Assembly: GCA_958295645.1 (NCBI GenBank)
Contig: OY282361.1
Location: 516,927-580,926, forward strand
Length of the DNA: 64,000 nucleotides
Direction of reading: 5' to 3'
DNA from: Longimicrobiales bacterium
GTDB lineage: Bacteria; Gemmatimonadota; Gemmatimonadetes; Longimicrobiales; Gaopeijiaceae
Every line of letters begins with the position of its first letter. The first letter of the stretch is position 1. The notes under the pieces were generated by a model. The model saw only the letters and a list, made by a program, of their open reading frames with translations, made no database searches and was not told the origin of the DNA. Below, piece after piece: positions 9,305 through 18,841 of the stretch. Both the position numbers and the translations under genes were made by a program.

Positions 9305-11164
9305 TCACCCAGTGGACTCCAGGGTCGGCGCGAGTTCCGGATAGACGACCTGTCCCGCGTGCAGACCGCCCGCTTCCAGGCCCGCGTAGGGGAGGAGCAG
9401 GTCGGACTTTCGCATGTCCCAGGCCGCCGTCGGACATCGTTCCGCGCACAGCCCGCAGTGAATGCACAAGTCCTCGTCCTTCACCATGATCCTGCCCGTC
9501 TGCGGCAGGTCCTCGGACACGAACAGCGGCTCCTCCGGGTGAAGAAGCGGCGCCGTCAGCCTCTGCGCCAAGTCCTCCTCCGGCCCGTTGTGCGTGATGG
9601 TCAGGCAGTCCAAGGGACAGATGTCGATGCAGGCGTCGCACTCTATGCACAGGTTCGCTTCGAAGTGGGTCTGCGCGTCGCAGTTGAGACAGCGTTCGAC
9701 CTCGGCGAGCGACTGTTCGATGTCGAATCCCTCTTCCACTTCGATGTCCATCCGCTCGAAGCGCTTCTTCAGGTCGACGTGGCGCATCTTGGCGCGCTGG
9801 GCCTCGTCGTAGTCGTTGGAATACGTCCACTCGTGCAGCCCCATCTTCTGGCTGATCAGATTCATGCCCTCCGCCGGACGGGCCTCCAGCGATTCGCCGT
9901 TGCAGTAGGCGTGAATGGAAATCGCCGCCTGGTGCCCGTGCTCGACTGCCCAGATGATGTTCTCCGGCCCCCAGGCGGCGTCGCCTCCCATGAAGACTCC
10001 GGAGCGCGTCGTCATGAAGGTGGTCTTGTCCACCACGGGCATGTCCCAGTCGTTGAACTCGATGCCGATGTCGCGCTCGATCCACGGGAAGGCCGTGTCC
10101 TGCCCGATGGCCAGGATGACCTCGTCGCAGGGGATGACCTTGCTGCCTACCGTCTCGCTCCTGAGACGCCCGCCTTCGCCCTCGCGCCAGCGCACCAGAT
10201 CGAACTCCATGCCGACCAGCTTGCCGTCCTCCACGACGAAGCGCGACGGCGAGTGGTTCTCCAGGATCTCGACCCGTTCCTCCATTGCGTCGTCCAGCTC
10301 CCACGGAGAAGCCTTGAAGTACGGCTTGGTCTTGCGCGCCATGACCTTCACGTCCTTCCCGCCCAGCCGCTGCGCCGTCCGGCAGCAGTCCATGGCCGTG
10401 TTCCCGACGCCGATCACCAGCACCCGCTCGCCGCAACGCTCGACGTGCCCGAAGCGCACCGATTCCAGCCATTCGATGCCGATGTGGACCTGTTGCGGGG
10501 CGTCCCAGCGGCCCGGAATGTCCAGTTCCTTGCCCTTCGGAGCCCCCGATCCGACGAACACGGCGTCGAAATCGCCGCCCAAAATGTCCGCGAGACTGTC
10601 CACCGGACTGTCCAGCCGCATGTCCACGCCCATGTCCGTGACGTAGGCGATTTCCTCCCACAGGACTTGGCCCGGCAGCCGGAACTCGGGGATGTTCGTC
10701 CACATGAGCCCGCCGGGCTTGGCCAGCTTCTCGAAGATCACGACCTCGTAGCCCAGCGGCATCAGGTCGTTGGCCACGGTCAGCGACGCCGGCCCCGCGC
10801 CCACGCACGCGATGCGCTTGCCGTTCTTCTCGGCCGGGATGGACGGCAGGAAGGGCCGGACGTCGTCGCGCAAGTCCGAGGCCACCCGCTTGAGCCTGCA
10901 GATCGCCACCGGCTCCCCGTCCAAACGCACCCGCCGGCAAACCGGCTCGCAGGGGCGGTCGCAGGTACGGCCCAGAATCCCCGGGAAGACGTTGGACTTC
11001 CGGTTCAGCAGGTAGGATTCCGTGTACTGCCCGTTGGCGATGAGCCGGATGTATTCCGGAATGTCCGTGTGGGCCGGGCACCCCCATTGGCAGTCCACCA
11101 CGCGGTGGTAGTGGCGCGGGTCCCGCGTGTCGGTGGGCTTCATGAAGCTGTCCGTGGACTCCAT
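9305..11164 (-). CDS. GltD-family FAD/NAD(P)H oxidoreductase with C-terminal 2x[4Fe-4S] ferredoxin domains
   Basis: Starts at MESTDSFMKPTD. Two dinucleotide-binding motifs (IACVGAGPASL and VLVIGVGNTAMD), then CLNCDAQ...CIECDACIDICP and CIHCGLCAERCP cysteine clusters. The start coordinate is derived from the ORF-track frame; my manual count gives 11163. Confidence 0.75.
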   Translation of the reverse strand: MESTDSFMKPTDTRDPRHYHRVVDCQWGCPAHTDIPEYIRLIANGQYTESYLLNRKSNVFPGILGRTCDRPCEPVCRRVRLDGEPVAICRLKRVASDLRDDVRPFLPSIPAEKNGKRIACVGAGPASLTVANDLMPLGYEVVIFEKLAKPGGLMWTNIPEFRLPGQVLWEEIAYVTDMGVDMRLDSPVDSLADILGGDFDAVFVGSGAPKGKELDIPGRWDAPQQVHIGIEWLESVRFGHVERCGERVLVIGVGNTAMDCCRTAQRLGGKDVKVMARKTKPYFKASPWELDDAMEERVEILENHSPSRFVVEDGKLVGMEFDLVRWREGEGGRLRSETVGSKVIPCDEVILAIGQDTAFPWIERDIGIEFNDWDMPVVDKTTFMTTRSGVFMGGDAAWGPENIIWAVEHGHQAAISIHAYCNGESLEARPAEGMNLISQKMGLHEWTYSNDYDEAQRAKMRHVDLKKRFERMDIEVEEGFDIEQSLAEVERCLNCDAQTHFEANLCIECDACIDICPLDCLTITHNGPEEDLAQRLTAPLLHPEEPLFVSEDLPQTGRIMVKDEDLCIHCGLCAERCPTAAWDMRKSDLLLPYAGLEAGGLHAGQVVYPELAPTLESTG

Positions 11165-11366
11165 GGCGCCAAATCTAGTGGCCGTGCGGGCAGAGGCGAA
11201 AGCCTGTTGGGCTATGGGGTCGCCCCGAGGAAGGGGGTGGATGAGGCGTGGCGCCGGGCCGAAGGAGCGCGGAACCGCCCGGCCGGGCAAGGCGCCCGTC
11301 GGCCGAGCAAGGCCGTGCGGTTGAACCTGTCCCAGGGCGGCCCCATCTTGTCGGTTCACGTCCACG

Positions 11367-11693
11367 TTGCCACGGAGCCCGCCGTTGCCGAACAGAATTG
11401 CGTCCTTCCGCATCCAAGGCTTTCGGTCCCTCGCGGACGTCGACGTCGCGGACGTGCCCATGGCCACGGTCCTGATCGGCACCAATTGCTCGGGCAAGTC
11501 CAACCTCGTCATCGTGGCAACCCTGTCGCCGTTGCTGGTCGACAACTTCGGCCTCGACGAGATCGTCGTCCTGGAAATGGAGGAGGGCCGAACGAAGGTG
11601 CGTCGCTTCGACGGAGCTCAGTACGGCCGGTGGCTCGAAGACTATTCGACCGGCGAACTCTGGCAAAAGAACGTGCTGGGCGGGCGACCGTGA
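11367..11693 (+). pseudogene. 5' fragment of an AAA/ABC-type ATPase gene (N-terminal 108 aa only)
   Basis: IASFRIQGFRSLADVDV...ATVLIGTNCSGKSNL is the canonical N-terminus and Walker A of RecF/SMC-like AAA_15/21/23 ATPases. The ORF stops after 108 aa and an unrelated gene starts 59 bp downstream. Confidence 0.4.
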
Positions 11694-11751
11694 TTCGCCT
11701 TGCGGTGTCGGTGCTGCCCACGCCCAGATCGCCGAAGACGGGAGCCTACCG

Positions 11752-13170
11752 ATGACGTTGGACCTGTCAGCGGTTCAGAAGATGATCGCCAGCGGAGAGT
11801 CGGAGACCATCGAACTCAAGCGCAGCACGGCGGAGCGCGACCCGGCGGCGAGAGGGCTTTGCGCGATGCTCAACCACCGGGGCGGCAGTGTACTGTTCGG
11901 CGTGAGCCCCGATGGTGCGATCGTGGGACAGGAAGTCAGCGGCCGCACCATTGAACGTCTAGTCCAGCAGTTTGCGAAGATTGACCCGCCGGCCTTCCCT
12001 AGCGTGGACCGCGTCCCGGTCAGAGGCGAACTGGAAGTCATCGTTGTGACGGTCCCGGCTGGGCACAGCCGCCCGTACAGCTACAACAACCAGGCGTGGC
12101 GAAGAGTCGGCAACACCAACCGCGCCCTGTCGCGTGACGAATACAACCAGATGGTACTGAAGTTCATGCATGCGACGCGCAGATGGGAGAACGAGCCTGA
12201 GCCAACCTGGACGGTGGCCGACCTCGACGTGGAGGAGATTCGTCGAACGGTTGGGACGGCCGTCGAGATTGGTCGCCTGGACGAGCCGGACACGCGCGAG
12301 CCGCACGCGCTGTTGCGGGGGCTGGGTCTGACCGTCGAGGACGTGCTGTTGCGCGCGGCAGTTGTATTGTTCGGCAAGAAGGACCGCATGGCCGCGGAGT
12401 ATCCGCAATGCACGGTAAGGGCCGCTCGCTTCCTGGGGACGGATCGGTCGGAGTTCTTGGACAACCGGCAGTTTCACGGCAACGCGATTGAACTGCTGGC
12501 CAGCAGCCAGCGCTTCGTGCGGGAGAATCTCAGCATCGCCAGCAGGTTCGAGCCGGACAACTTCCTGCGGATCGACGAACCTTCGTATCCGCCGCTGGCG
12601 GTGCGCGAGGCTCTGGCGAACGCGATCTGTCATCGGGACTACTCGTCCGGGGGCGGGGCCATCCACCTTGCGATGTACGACGACCGATTGGAGATTGCTT
12701 CCCCCGGTGCCCTGCCTTCCGAACTCACGCCGAGCGCGTTGTACGAACCTCATCGCTCCCTGCCCTGGAACCCGCTGGTCGCCAATGTCTTCTTCCGTCG
12801 CGGGATCGTGGAGATGTGGGGCCAAGGCACGCTGAAGATGGTGAAACTGGCCACGGCCGCCGGCCTGCCCAGGCCGGAAATCGAGGACGAGCACGGAGCG
12901 GTGACAGTTCGTTTTCGGCCCGACGGTCACATTCCGCGATACGTACACGTCAAACTGTCCGGGCGACATCGGGCCATCTTGGCGCTTCTCGCCTCCAAGG
13001 GGCCGCTTCCCCTCCGCGAGATTGCCAAGGAGATACGGCGCGAGTCGGGGTCCCGCCATTCGATGGCACAGGAGAGGCGGAGGCTTCAGCAGGCGTTGCA
13101 GGAGCTGCAGGCATACCGCTTGGTCGAGTGCTGGGGCGCCGGATCCGGAGCGCTGTGGGAGCGCACGTAG
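11752..13170 (+). CDS. AlbA_2 (Schlafen-like) DNA-binding domain + HATPase_c_4 domain protein (RecG C-terminal-like / putative transcriptional regulator)
   Basis: N-terminal ESETIELKRS...GGSVLFGVSPDGAIVGQEV is AlbA_2-like. Histidine-kinase-like ATPase fold residues later (REALANAICHRDY). The codon GC is lower than in the flanking genes. Confidence 0.65.
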   Translation: MTLDLSAVQKMIASGESETIELKRSTAERDPAARGLCAMLNHRGGSVLFGVSPDGAIVGQEVSGRTIERLVQQFAKIDPPAFPSVDRVPVRGELEVIVVTVPAGHSRPYSYNNQAWRRVGNTNRALSRDEYNQMVLKFMHATRRWENEPEPTWTVADLDVEEIRRTVGTAVEIGRLDEPDTREPHALLRGLGLTVEDVLLRAAVVLFGKKDRMAAEYPQCTVRAARFLGTDRSEFLDNRQFHGNAIELLASSQRFVRENLSIASRFEPDNFLRIDEPSYPPLAVREALANAICHRDYSSGGGAIHLAMYDDRLEIASPGALPSELTPSALYEPHRSLPWNPLVANVFFRRGIVEMWGQGTLKMVKLATAAGLPRPEIEDEHGAVTVRFRPDGHIPRYVHVKLSGRHRAILALLASKGPLPLREIAKEIRRESGSRHSMAQERRRLQQALQELQAYRLVECWGAGSGALWERT

Positions 13171-13267
13171 TGCGAGTCCACAACGGTACCGAGCCCGACC
13201 TGGTGGCCGAGGAGCATCGCTTTACGGTTCGCCTGTTGAAGACGCGCGCAGAGTGAAGACAACGCCC

Positions 13268-16200
13268 ATGCTGGGTTCGGAATTCTCCAGAGCACCGGCC
13301 AAGAGAGAAGAATTGTCTTCACAAGCAGTGTGCTCAGCGGGGTTTGCTCTGGCTCTTTTCGCCGCCGCGGGATTCGCCTCGTCGCCCCTAGCCGCCCAGC
13401 CCTCCCCCGCCGCCCAACCTTCCCCCACCTCCCCCAACCAAACCCTCCTCGCAGGCCTCGAATTCCGCCCGCTCGGCCCCGCCTTCATGTCCGGCCGCAT
13501 CGCGGACATCGCCGTGGATCCCGCCGACCGAAGCACCTGGTACGTCGCGACCGCCTCCTCCAACGTCTGGAAGACCGAGAACCGGGGCACCACGTGGACG
13601 CCGGTCTTCGACGACTACCCGTCCTACTCCACGGGCGCCGTCGCCGTCGACCCCAACGACTCCAACGTGATCTGGCTGGGCGCCGGCGAGAACACCAGCC
13701 AGCGGAGCGTGGGTTGGGGCGACGGCGTGTACAGGAGCCTGGACGGCGGCCGCACCTGGGCGAACATGGGCCTTCGCACCTCCGAGCACGTGGGCAGGAT
13801 CGCGGTGGACCCGCGGGACTCGGACGTGGTCTACGTGGCGGCGATGGGCGGTCTGTGGGCGCCGGGGGGCGACCGGGGGCTGTTCAAGACGACCGACGGT
13901 GGCACGACCTGGGTTTCGGCGCTGCAGATCAGCGAGCACACGGGCGTCGCCGACGTTCACCTCGACCCTCGCGACCCGGACGTTCTCTACGCGGTGGCCT
14001 ACCAGCGGCGCAGGCATGTGGGCGTGCTGGTGGCGGGCGGCCCCGAGTCGGGGGTTTGGAAGAGCGTGGACGGCGGGGCGACGTGGCGCGACGTCACGAG
14101 GGGACTGCCGCAGGGCGACTTGGGGCGGATTGCGCTGGCCGTGTCGCCGGTGGACCCGGACGTGGTCTACGCCTTGGTCGCCGCCGCCGAGGATCGAAGC
14201 GGCTTCTATCGCTCGCCGGACCGGGCCGAGTCCTGGACCCGCATGTCCGGCTACATCGTGGTGGACCCCCAGTACTACGGCGAGCTCTATCCGGATCCTC
14301 ACCGCATGGACCGGGTCTACGCCGCGGACGTGCGGCTCCACGTCACCGAGGACGGCGGGCGGACCTTCGAGCCCGTCAACACGCGCTTCAAGCACGTGGA
14401 CAACCATGCCGTCGTCTTCGATCCGGCAGACCCGGAATACCTGCTCGTGGGCACCGACGGCGGCATCTACGAGTCCTTCGACCGGGCGAAGACATGGCGG
14501 TACGCAGCGAATCTGCCGCTGACCCAGTTCTACCGGGTCGGGCTGGACGACGCCGCGCCCTTCTACACCGTCTACGGCGGCACGCAGGACAACTCCTCCG
14601 TCGGCGGACCCTCCCGCACCGCCAACGTGCACGGCATCCGCAACAGCGACTGGTTCGTCACGCACGGGGGCGACGGCTTCCAGGTGCGGGTCGAGCCCGG
14701 CAACCCGAACATCCTCTACACGCAGTCCCAGTACGCCGGAATCGTCCGCTACGACCGGGCCAGCGGCGAAACCATCGACATCCAGCCCCAGCCCGAGGCC
14801 GGAGAAGGCGCGCTGCGCTGGCACTGGGACTCGCCGCTGCTGATCAGCCCGCACGATCCGCGCCGGGTCTGGTTCGCCGCCCAGAAGCTCTTCCGCTCCG
14901 ACGACCGCTCCGACCGCTGGACCGCCGTCAGCGGCGACCTGAGCCGCGGGCTGGATCGCAACCAGCGGCCCGTGATGGGGCGCATCTGGCCGCCGGAGGC
15001 CGTGTGGAAGAACGTCTTCACCTCCCCGTACGGGACGATCGTGGCGTTGGACGAGTCGCCGCTCGTCGAAGGGCTCCTCTACGTGGGCACCGACGACGGG
15101 CTGGTGCAGGTCAGCGAGGACGGCGGCGGCGCCTGGCGCCGACAGGAGGCGTTCCCCGGCGTCCCGGCCATGGCCTACGTGGCGGACGTGGTCGCCTCTC
15201 GCCACGAGCCGGATCGGGTCTACGCCGTCTTCAACAACCACAAGGAGGGGGACTTTCGGCCTTACGTGGCCCGGAGCGAGGATCGGGGAGCGACGTGGGA
15301 GGGCATCGCGGGGGACTTGCCGGAGGGGCAGGCGGCCTGGGCTCTGGTGGAGGACCACGTGGACCCGAACCTGCTGTTCCTGGGGACGGAATTCGGGCTC
15401 TTCGCGACGTTCGACGGCGCAGTGCCAGGCGATGGGACGCCGGGCGGCCGGGCTCGGAACGGCCGGACGCGGAACGGTCGGGCTCGGAGCGGCGGTCCCT
15501 CCTGGGTGCGGCTGAAGGGCGGCCTGCCCACGATCGCCGTGCGGGATCTGGAGATTCAGCGGCGCGAGAACGACTTGGTCCTGGCGACGTTCGGGCGCGG
15601 CTTCTACGTGCTGGACGACTACTCGCCGCTGCGGTTCATGGGAGAGGCGCTGGCGGTCGAGCAGGCGTATCTGTTCCCGGTGAAGGACGCCTGGGCCCAC
15701 GTCCCGAGCCGGCCCATGGGGGGACAGGAGAAGGGGACGATGGGCGACGCCTTCTTCAACGCGCCCAACCCGCCTTTCGGCGCCGTCTTCACGTACTATC
15801 TGCCCGAGGACTTCGAGTCGGCGAAGGAGCGCCGCAAGCGGGAGGAGCAGGAGCGCCTGGCCCGCGGGGAGGAGATCGCGTACCCGGAGCGGGAGACGCT
15901 GGCGGCCGAGGACGTGGAGCGGCCGCCCGAGGTGCTGCTGGTGGTCTCCGACGAGGCTGGCGACGTGGTGCGCCGGGTTCCCGGCCTCCGTCGGGCGGGG
16001 CTGCACCGAGTGGCGTGGAACCTGCGGTACGCCTCGACGGCGCCGCCCCGGCTGGCCGACAGGGAAGGGGACGGTCCCATGGTCGCGCCCGGCCTCTTCT
16101 CGGTTCGGCCGGTGATCGTTCGAGGCGGGGACTACGAGGAGCTGGCGCCGCCCCGGTCGTTCCGCGTCGAATCCCTGGGCGCGGCCACCCTGCCGGCCGC

Positions 16201-16684
16201 CGACCGCGACGCGCTCCTCGCCTTCCAGCGCGAAGTGGCCGCGCTCCAACGCGTCGCGGTCGCCGTCGACCGGGCGGCCCGGGAAACCGCCGAACGCCTA
16301 GACCTCCTCCGTCGCGCCGTCCGGGCGGTGCCCGGTCTGGACGCGGCTTCCTACGAGACGCGCATCGCCGCCTTCGAAGCCCGGCTCTTCGACGTTCGCC
16401 GCGTCCTCTCCCGGGACCGCACGGCGCTGGACCGCGCCGAGTTCGCGCCCCCGTCCATCATCGACCGGATCGGACGCATCGCACGAGCCGGCTTCACCGC
16501 CACCTCGGCGCCGACCGCGACCCACCGAGAGAGCCGGGCGGTCGCGTCGGACCAGCTGGCCGAAGTGTCCGAGGCGCTGCGGGCTCTGGTGGAAGACGAA
16601 CTGGCCGCGCTGGAGAGGGAACTGGAAGCCGCTGGCGTCCCGTGGACCCCGGGACGACCCATTCCCCGCTGGCCGCCCGGCTAG
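13268..16684 (+). CDS. Secreted BNR/Asp-box repeat protein (sortilin/VPS10-type, glycosyl-hydrolase-like beta-propeller)
   Basis: Signal-peptide-like N-terminus. Many SxDxGxTW Asp-box repeats (for example SLDGGRTW, TTDGGTTW, SVDGGATW, SEDGGGAW, SEDRGATW). ATG at 13268 is in the frame of the listed ORF 13022..16684. Confidence 0.75.
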   Translation: MLGSEFSRAPAKREELSSQAVCSAGFALALFAAAGFASSPLAAQPSPAAQPSPTSPNQTLLAGLEFRPLGPAFMSGRIADIAVDPADRSTWYVATASSNVWKTENRGTTWTPVFDDYPSYSTGAVAVDPNDSNVIWLGAGENTSQRSVGWGDGVYRSLDGGRTWANMGLRTSEHVGRIAVDPRDSDVVYVAAMGGLWAPGGDRGLFKTTDGGTTWVSALQISEHTGVADVHLDPRDPDVLYAVAYQRRRHVGVLVAGGPESGVWKSVDGGATWRDVTRGLPQGDLGRIALAVSPVDPDVVYALVAAAEDRSGFYRSPDRAESWTRMSGYIVVDPQYYGELYPDPHRMDRVYAADVRLHVTEDGGRTFEPVNTRFKHVDNHAVVFDPADPEYLLVGTDGGIYESFDRAKTWRYAANLPLTQFYRVGLDDAAPFYTVYGGTQDNSSVGGPSRTANVHGIRNSDWFVTHGGDGFQVRVEPGNPNILYTQSQYAGIVRYDRASGETIDIQPQPEAGEGALRWHWDSPLLISPHDPRRVWFAAQKLFRSDDRSDRWTAVSGDLSRGLDRNQRPVMGRIWPPEAVWKNVFTSPYGTIVALDESPLVEGLLYVGTDDGLVQVSEDGGGAWRRQEAFPGVPAMAYVADVVASRHEPDRVYAVFNNHKEGDFRPYVARSEDRGATWEGIAGDLPEGQAAWALVEDHVDPNLLFLGTEFGLFATFDGAVPGDGTPGGRARNGRTRNGRARSGGPSWVRLKGGLPTIAVRDLEIQRRENDLVLATFGRGFYVLDDYSPLRFMGEALAVEQAYLFPVKDAWAHVPSRPMGGQEKGTMGDAFFNAPNPPFGAVFTYYLPEDFESAKERRKREEQERLARGEEIAYPERETLAAEDVERPPEVLLVVSDEAGDVVRRVPGLRRAGLHRVAWNLRYASTAPPRLADREGDGPMVAPGLFSVRPVIVRGGDYEELAPPRSFRVESLGAATLPAADRDALLAFQREVAALQRVAVAVDRAARETAERLDLLRRAVRAVPGLDAASYETRIAAFEARLFDVRRVLSRDRTALDRAEFAPPSIIDRIGRIARAGFTATSAPTATHRESRAVASDQLAEVSEALRALVEDELAALERELEAAGVPWTPGRPIPRWPPG
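15451..15495 (+). repeat. In-frame 15-bp tandem repeat (x3) inside the BNR protein (encodes ARNGRTRNGRARSGG)
   Basis: ggctcggaacggccg / gacgcggaacggtcg / ggctcggagcggcgg. Confidence 0.5.
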
Positions 16685-17079
16685 CCCAGGCGCAGGAGTC
16701 CCTGTCCCGGCGTCCCGCTTCTGCTGCGACGCATCGCGACGTCAGCTTGCGACGAACCGAGTCGACCGTGATCCCCCGAAATCCCGCCTGCTGTTCGATC
16801 CAGGCATGGTTGGCAAGCAGGCGCTCCGTGTGATGTAGCACCAAGAGGCCCCCCTGCATGAATGGAGACGCAGTCGGGCCGAATTCCGGCGTGTCATTTT
16901 TCTTCACGCCCTCTTCAACGAGCATGTCCGATCCTGGGCTGGCGGGGACTGTCGGCAACCCAATCGTCCCGTCGCGTCGGGAGTGTCACACCGGTCGGCT
17001 ATCCTTTCGCCGAAACCCGGTCGCTCCGGCTTTGACGCTTCGCCCGGTCGCTCCAGGCAAGTCCTAATAGGGAGGGAAC

Positions 17080-17481
17080 ATGAAGAGCAGGATGAAGACG
17101 CTTGTCGGATTGGCAATTGGCGCGCTCGCGTTGCCGCTGGTTGCCTGCGAATCCATGATGCCGGAACGATATTCCCGTGTGCGGCTTTCCCTGCCGACCA
17201 CCGTCACTGTTGCAAGAACCGAAACCGTCGGCCAGTGGGCCCTAGTGAGGGTCGGCGATGGTCTCGAGGAGCGCCTGTCTGTCATGATCGCAAGGAAAGA
17301 CGAGGAAACGGGCATGTTTCATATCGTTGCGGATTGCCAGGGCAGCTACGTCATCGAGGCCACGTCGCCGCAAGGCGCCTACATCGCGACCGCGTCGTTC
17401 AGGGTCGACAGGACTTTTGGCGGGTGCGAAGTCGATTGGATCGTGCCCCCGTCGTGGGACGAGCCCACTCGCGTCTCCTAG
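17080..17481 (+). CDS. Hypothetical lipoprotein
   Basis: Signal peptide with an LVAC lipobox, and a good RBS (GGAGGGAACATG). The GC content is lower than the surroundings. Confidence 0.55.
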   Translation: MKSRMKTLVGLAIGALALPLVACESMMPERYSRVRLSLPTTVTVARTETVGQWALVRVGDGLEERLSVMIARKDEETGMFHIVADCQGSYVIEATSPQGAYIATASFRVDRTFGGCEVDWIVPPSWDEPTRVS

Positions 17482-17532
17482 CGTCCCGGCAGGCGTGTCT
17501 GGCGGCCGTCGAGCGCGTCCGCCAGACGCCTG

Positions 17533-18786
17533 TCACGGCCCCATCGTTCCTATCGGGATCACGCCGACCCGTCCATTGGGAACCGCTCCGTATCCGCTGG
17601 GAACGATCACGGCCAAGGCGGCAGGCTCGCCATAGTTGCTGCTGGCCTTCATCCGCTTGGCGATCTTCGCAAGGTTGGCCATGCCTTCCGCGATCCGGCG
17701 CTCGCCCAGCTTGACCTCGAACGCCGCCCATCTGCCCTCGCCGTCTTCGACGATGGCGTCCACTTCCAGGCCGTCCTTTTCTCTGTAGTGGAACACATGG
17801 GCGTCGGCGGCTTGGGCGTAGACCCGAAGGTCCCGGATCACCATTGACTCGAAGAGGAGGCCGAGCGTCGCCAGGTCGCCTATCAGACGGGACGGGGTGG
17901 CACGCGACGCCGCAACCGCCAGCGACGGATCCGCAAAGTGCCTCACGGGCGTCTTGCGCAGGGTGGTTCGAGAACGCAAGTGCGGCGACCACGCGGGCTG
18001 GTCCTCGACGATCATGAGCCGCTCCAGAACCTCCAGGTATTCGGCGGCCGTGCTGTCCTTGAAGGCGGGTCCAGTGCCTCGAACGTCTCTGGCCAGCGTC
18101 GCGACGCTCGCCGGCGTGGCCACGTTGCGGGCCAGCGACTGCAACAGCCTTCCGACCTTGACGGGGTCGCGGCGCTTGTCTCCCGCCTGCTGAATGTCGG
18201 CGCGCTGGATCTCCGACAAGTAGTCCCGGTTGGCTCTCATGGCTTGCGCGAGGTTGCGGCCCAAGTTTCCGGGCCAGCCCCCGGCGCACACCAGCTCCGC
18301 GAGGCGCCGAATGGCGAGGATGGACCGAGCCGACCGCTGGGGTTCTCCCGCCAACAGGCCGGCCAACGATATCTCTCCCGTGGACTGTCCCGCCTCGAAG
18401 AGCGACATCGGACGCATCCGCAATCGAGTAAGGCGTCCCGCGCCGGTATGGCGGGTGATGTCGTCGGCGGGCACGGCCGAACCAGTGAGGACGAACTGGC
18501 CAGGGAGGCCCCGCCTGTCCACGGACTTGCGGATGTGGTTCCATATGGCCGGTTTCGTCTGCCATTCGTCGACGAGGCGGGGCGTGTCGCCTTCGAGGAC
18601 GGACGCCGGGTCGACATCGACCATCTCGCGGGCGGCGGCGTCCACGTCCAGGAACACCGCGCTGGCTGCTACCGTCTCGGCAGTCGCGGTCTTTCCGCAG
18701 GCCTTGGGGCCCTCGATGACGACCGCGCCAGTGGCCGACAGCCTTTCGGCCAGCTCCGCGTCGACGATCCGGGGAAGGTACTTCAT
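17533..18786 (-). CDS. AAA_14/DUF4143-family ATP-binding protein (second copy of this family in the window)
   Basis: Starts at MKYLPRIVDAELAERL...VIEGPKACGKTATA (Walker A). The 33 codons upstream in the listed ORF cross the repeat array and are not coding. Confidence 0.8.
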   Translation of the reverse strand: MKYLPRIVDAELAERLSATGAVVIEGPKACGKTATAETVAASAVFLDVDAAAREMVDVDPASVLEGDTPRLVDEWQTKPAIWNHIRKSVDRRGLPGQFVLTGSAVPADDITRHTGAGRLTRLRMRPMSLFEAGQSTGEISLAGLLAGEPQRSARSILAIRRLAELVCAGGWPGNLGRNLAQAMRANRDYLSEIQRADIQQAGDKRRDPVKVGRLLQSLARNVATPASVATLARDVRGTGPAFKDSTAAEYLEVLERLMIVEDQPAWSPHLRSRTTLRKTPVRHFADPSLAVAASRATPSRLIGDLATLGLLFESMVIRDLRVYAQAADAHVFHYREKDGLEVDAIVEDGEGRWAAFEVKLGERRIAEGMANLAKIAKRMKASSNYGEPAALAVIVPSGYGAVPNGRVGVIPIGTMGP

Positions 18787-18841
18787 GATTCTGAACGAAT
18801 AAGCTTCCGACGCGGCTCCGGCAAGACCGCCGCGAGCCGCC

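Noticed and set aside
7305-11087. The listed 1260-aa ORF, as a single giant gene.
   Set aside because: Only the C-terminal 653 aa (from MAFKIG at 9263) is KorA. The upstream part is the antisense or off-frame read-through of the GltD-like gene, with no motifs.
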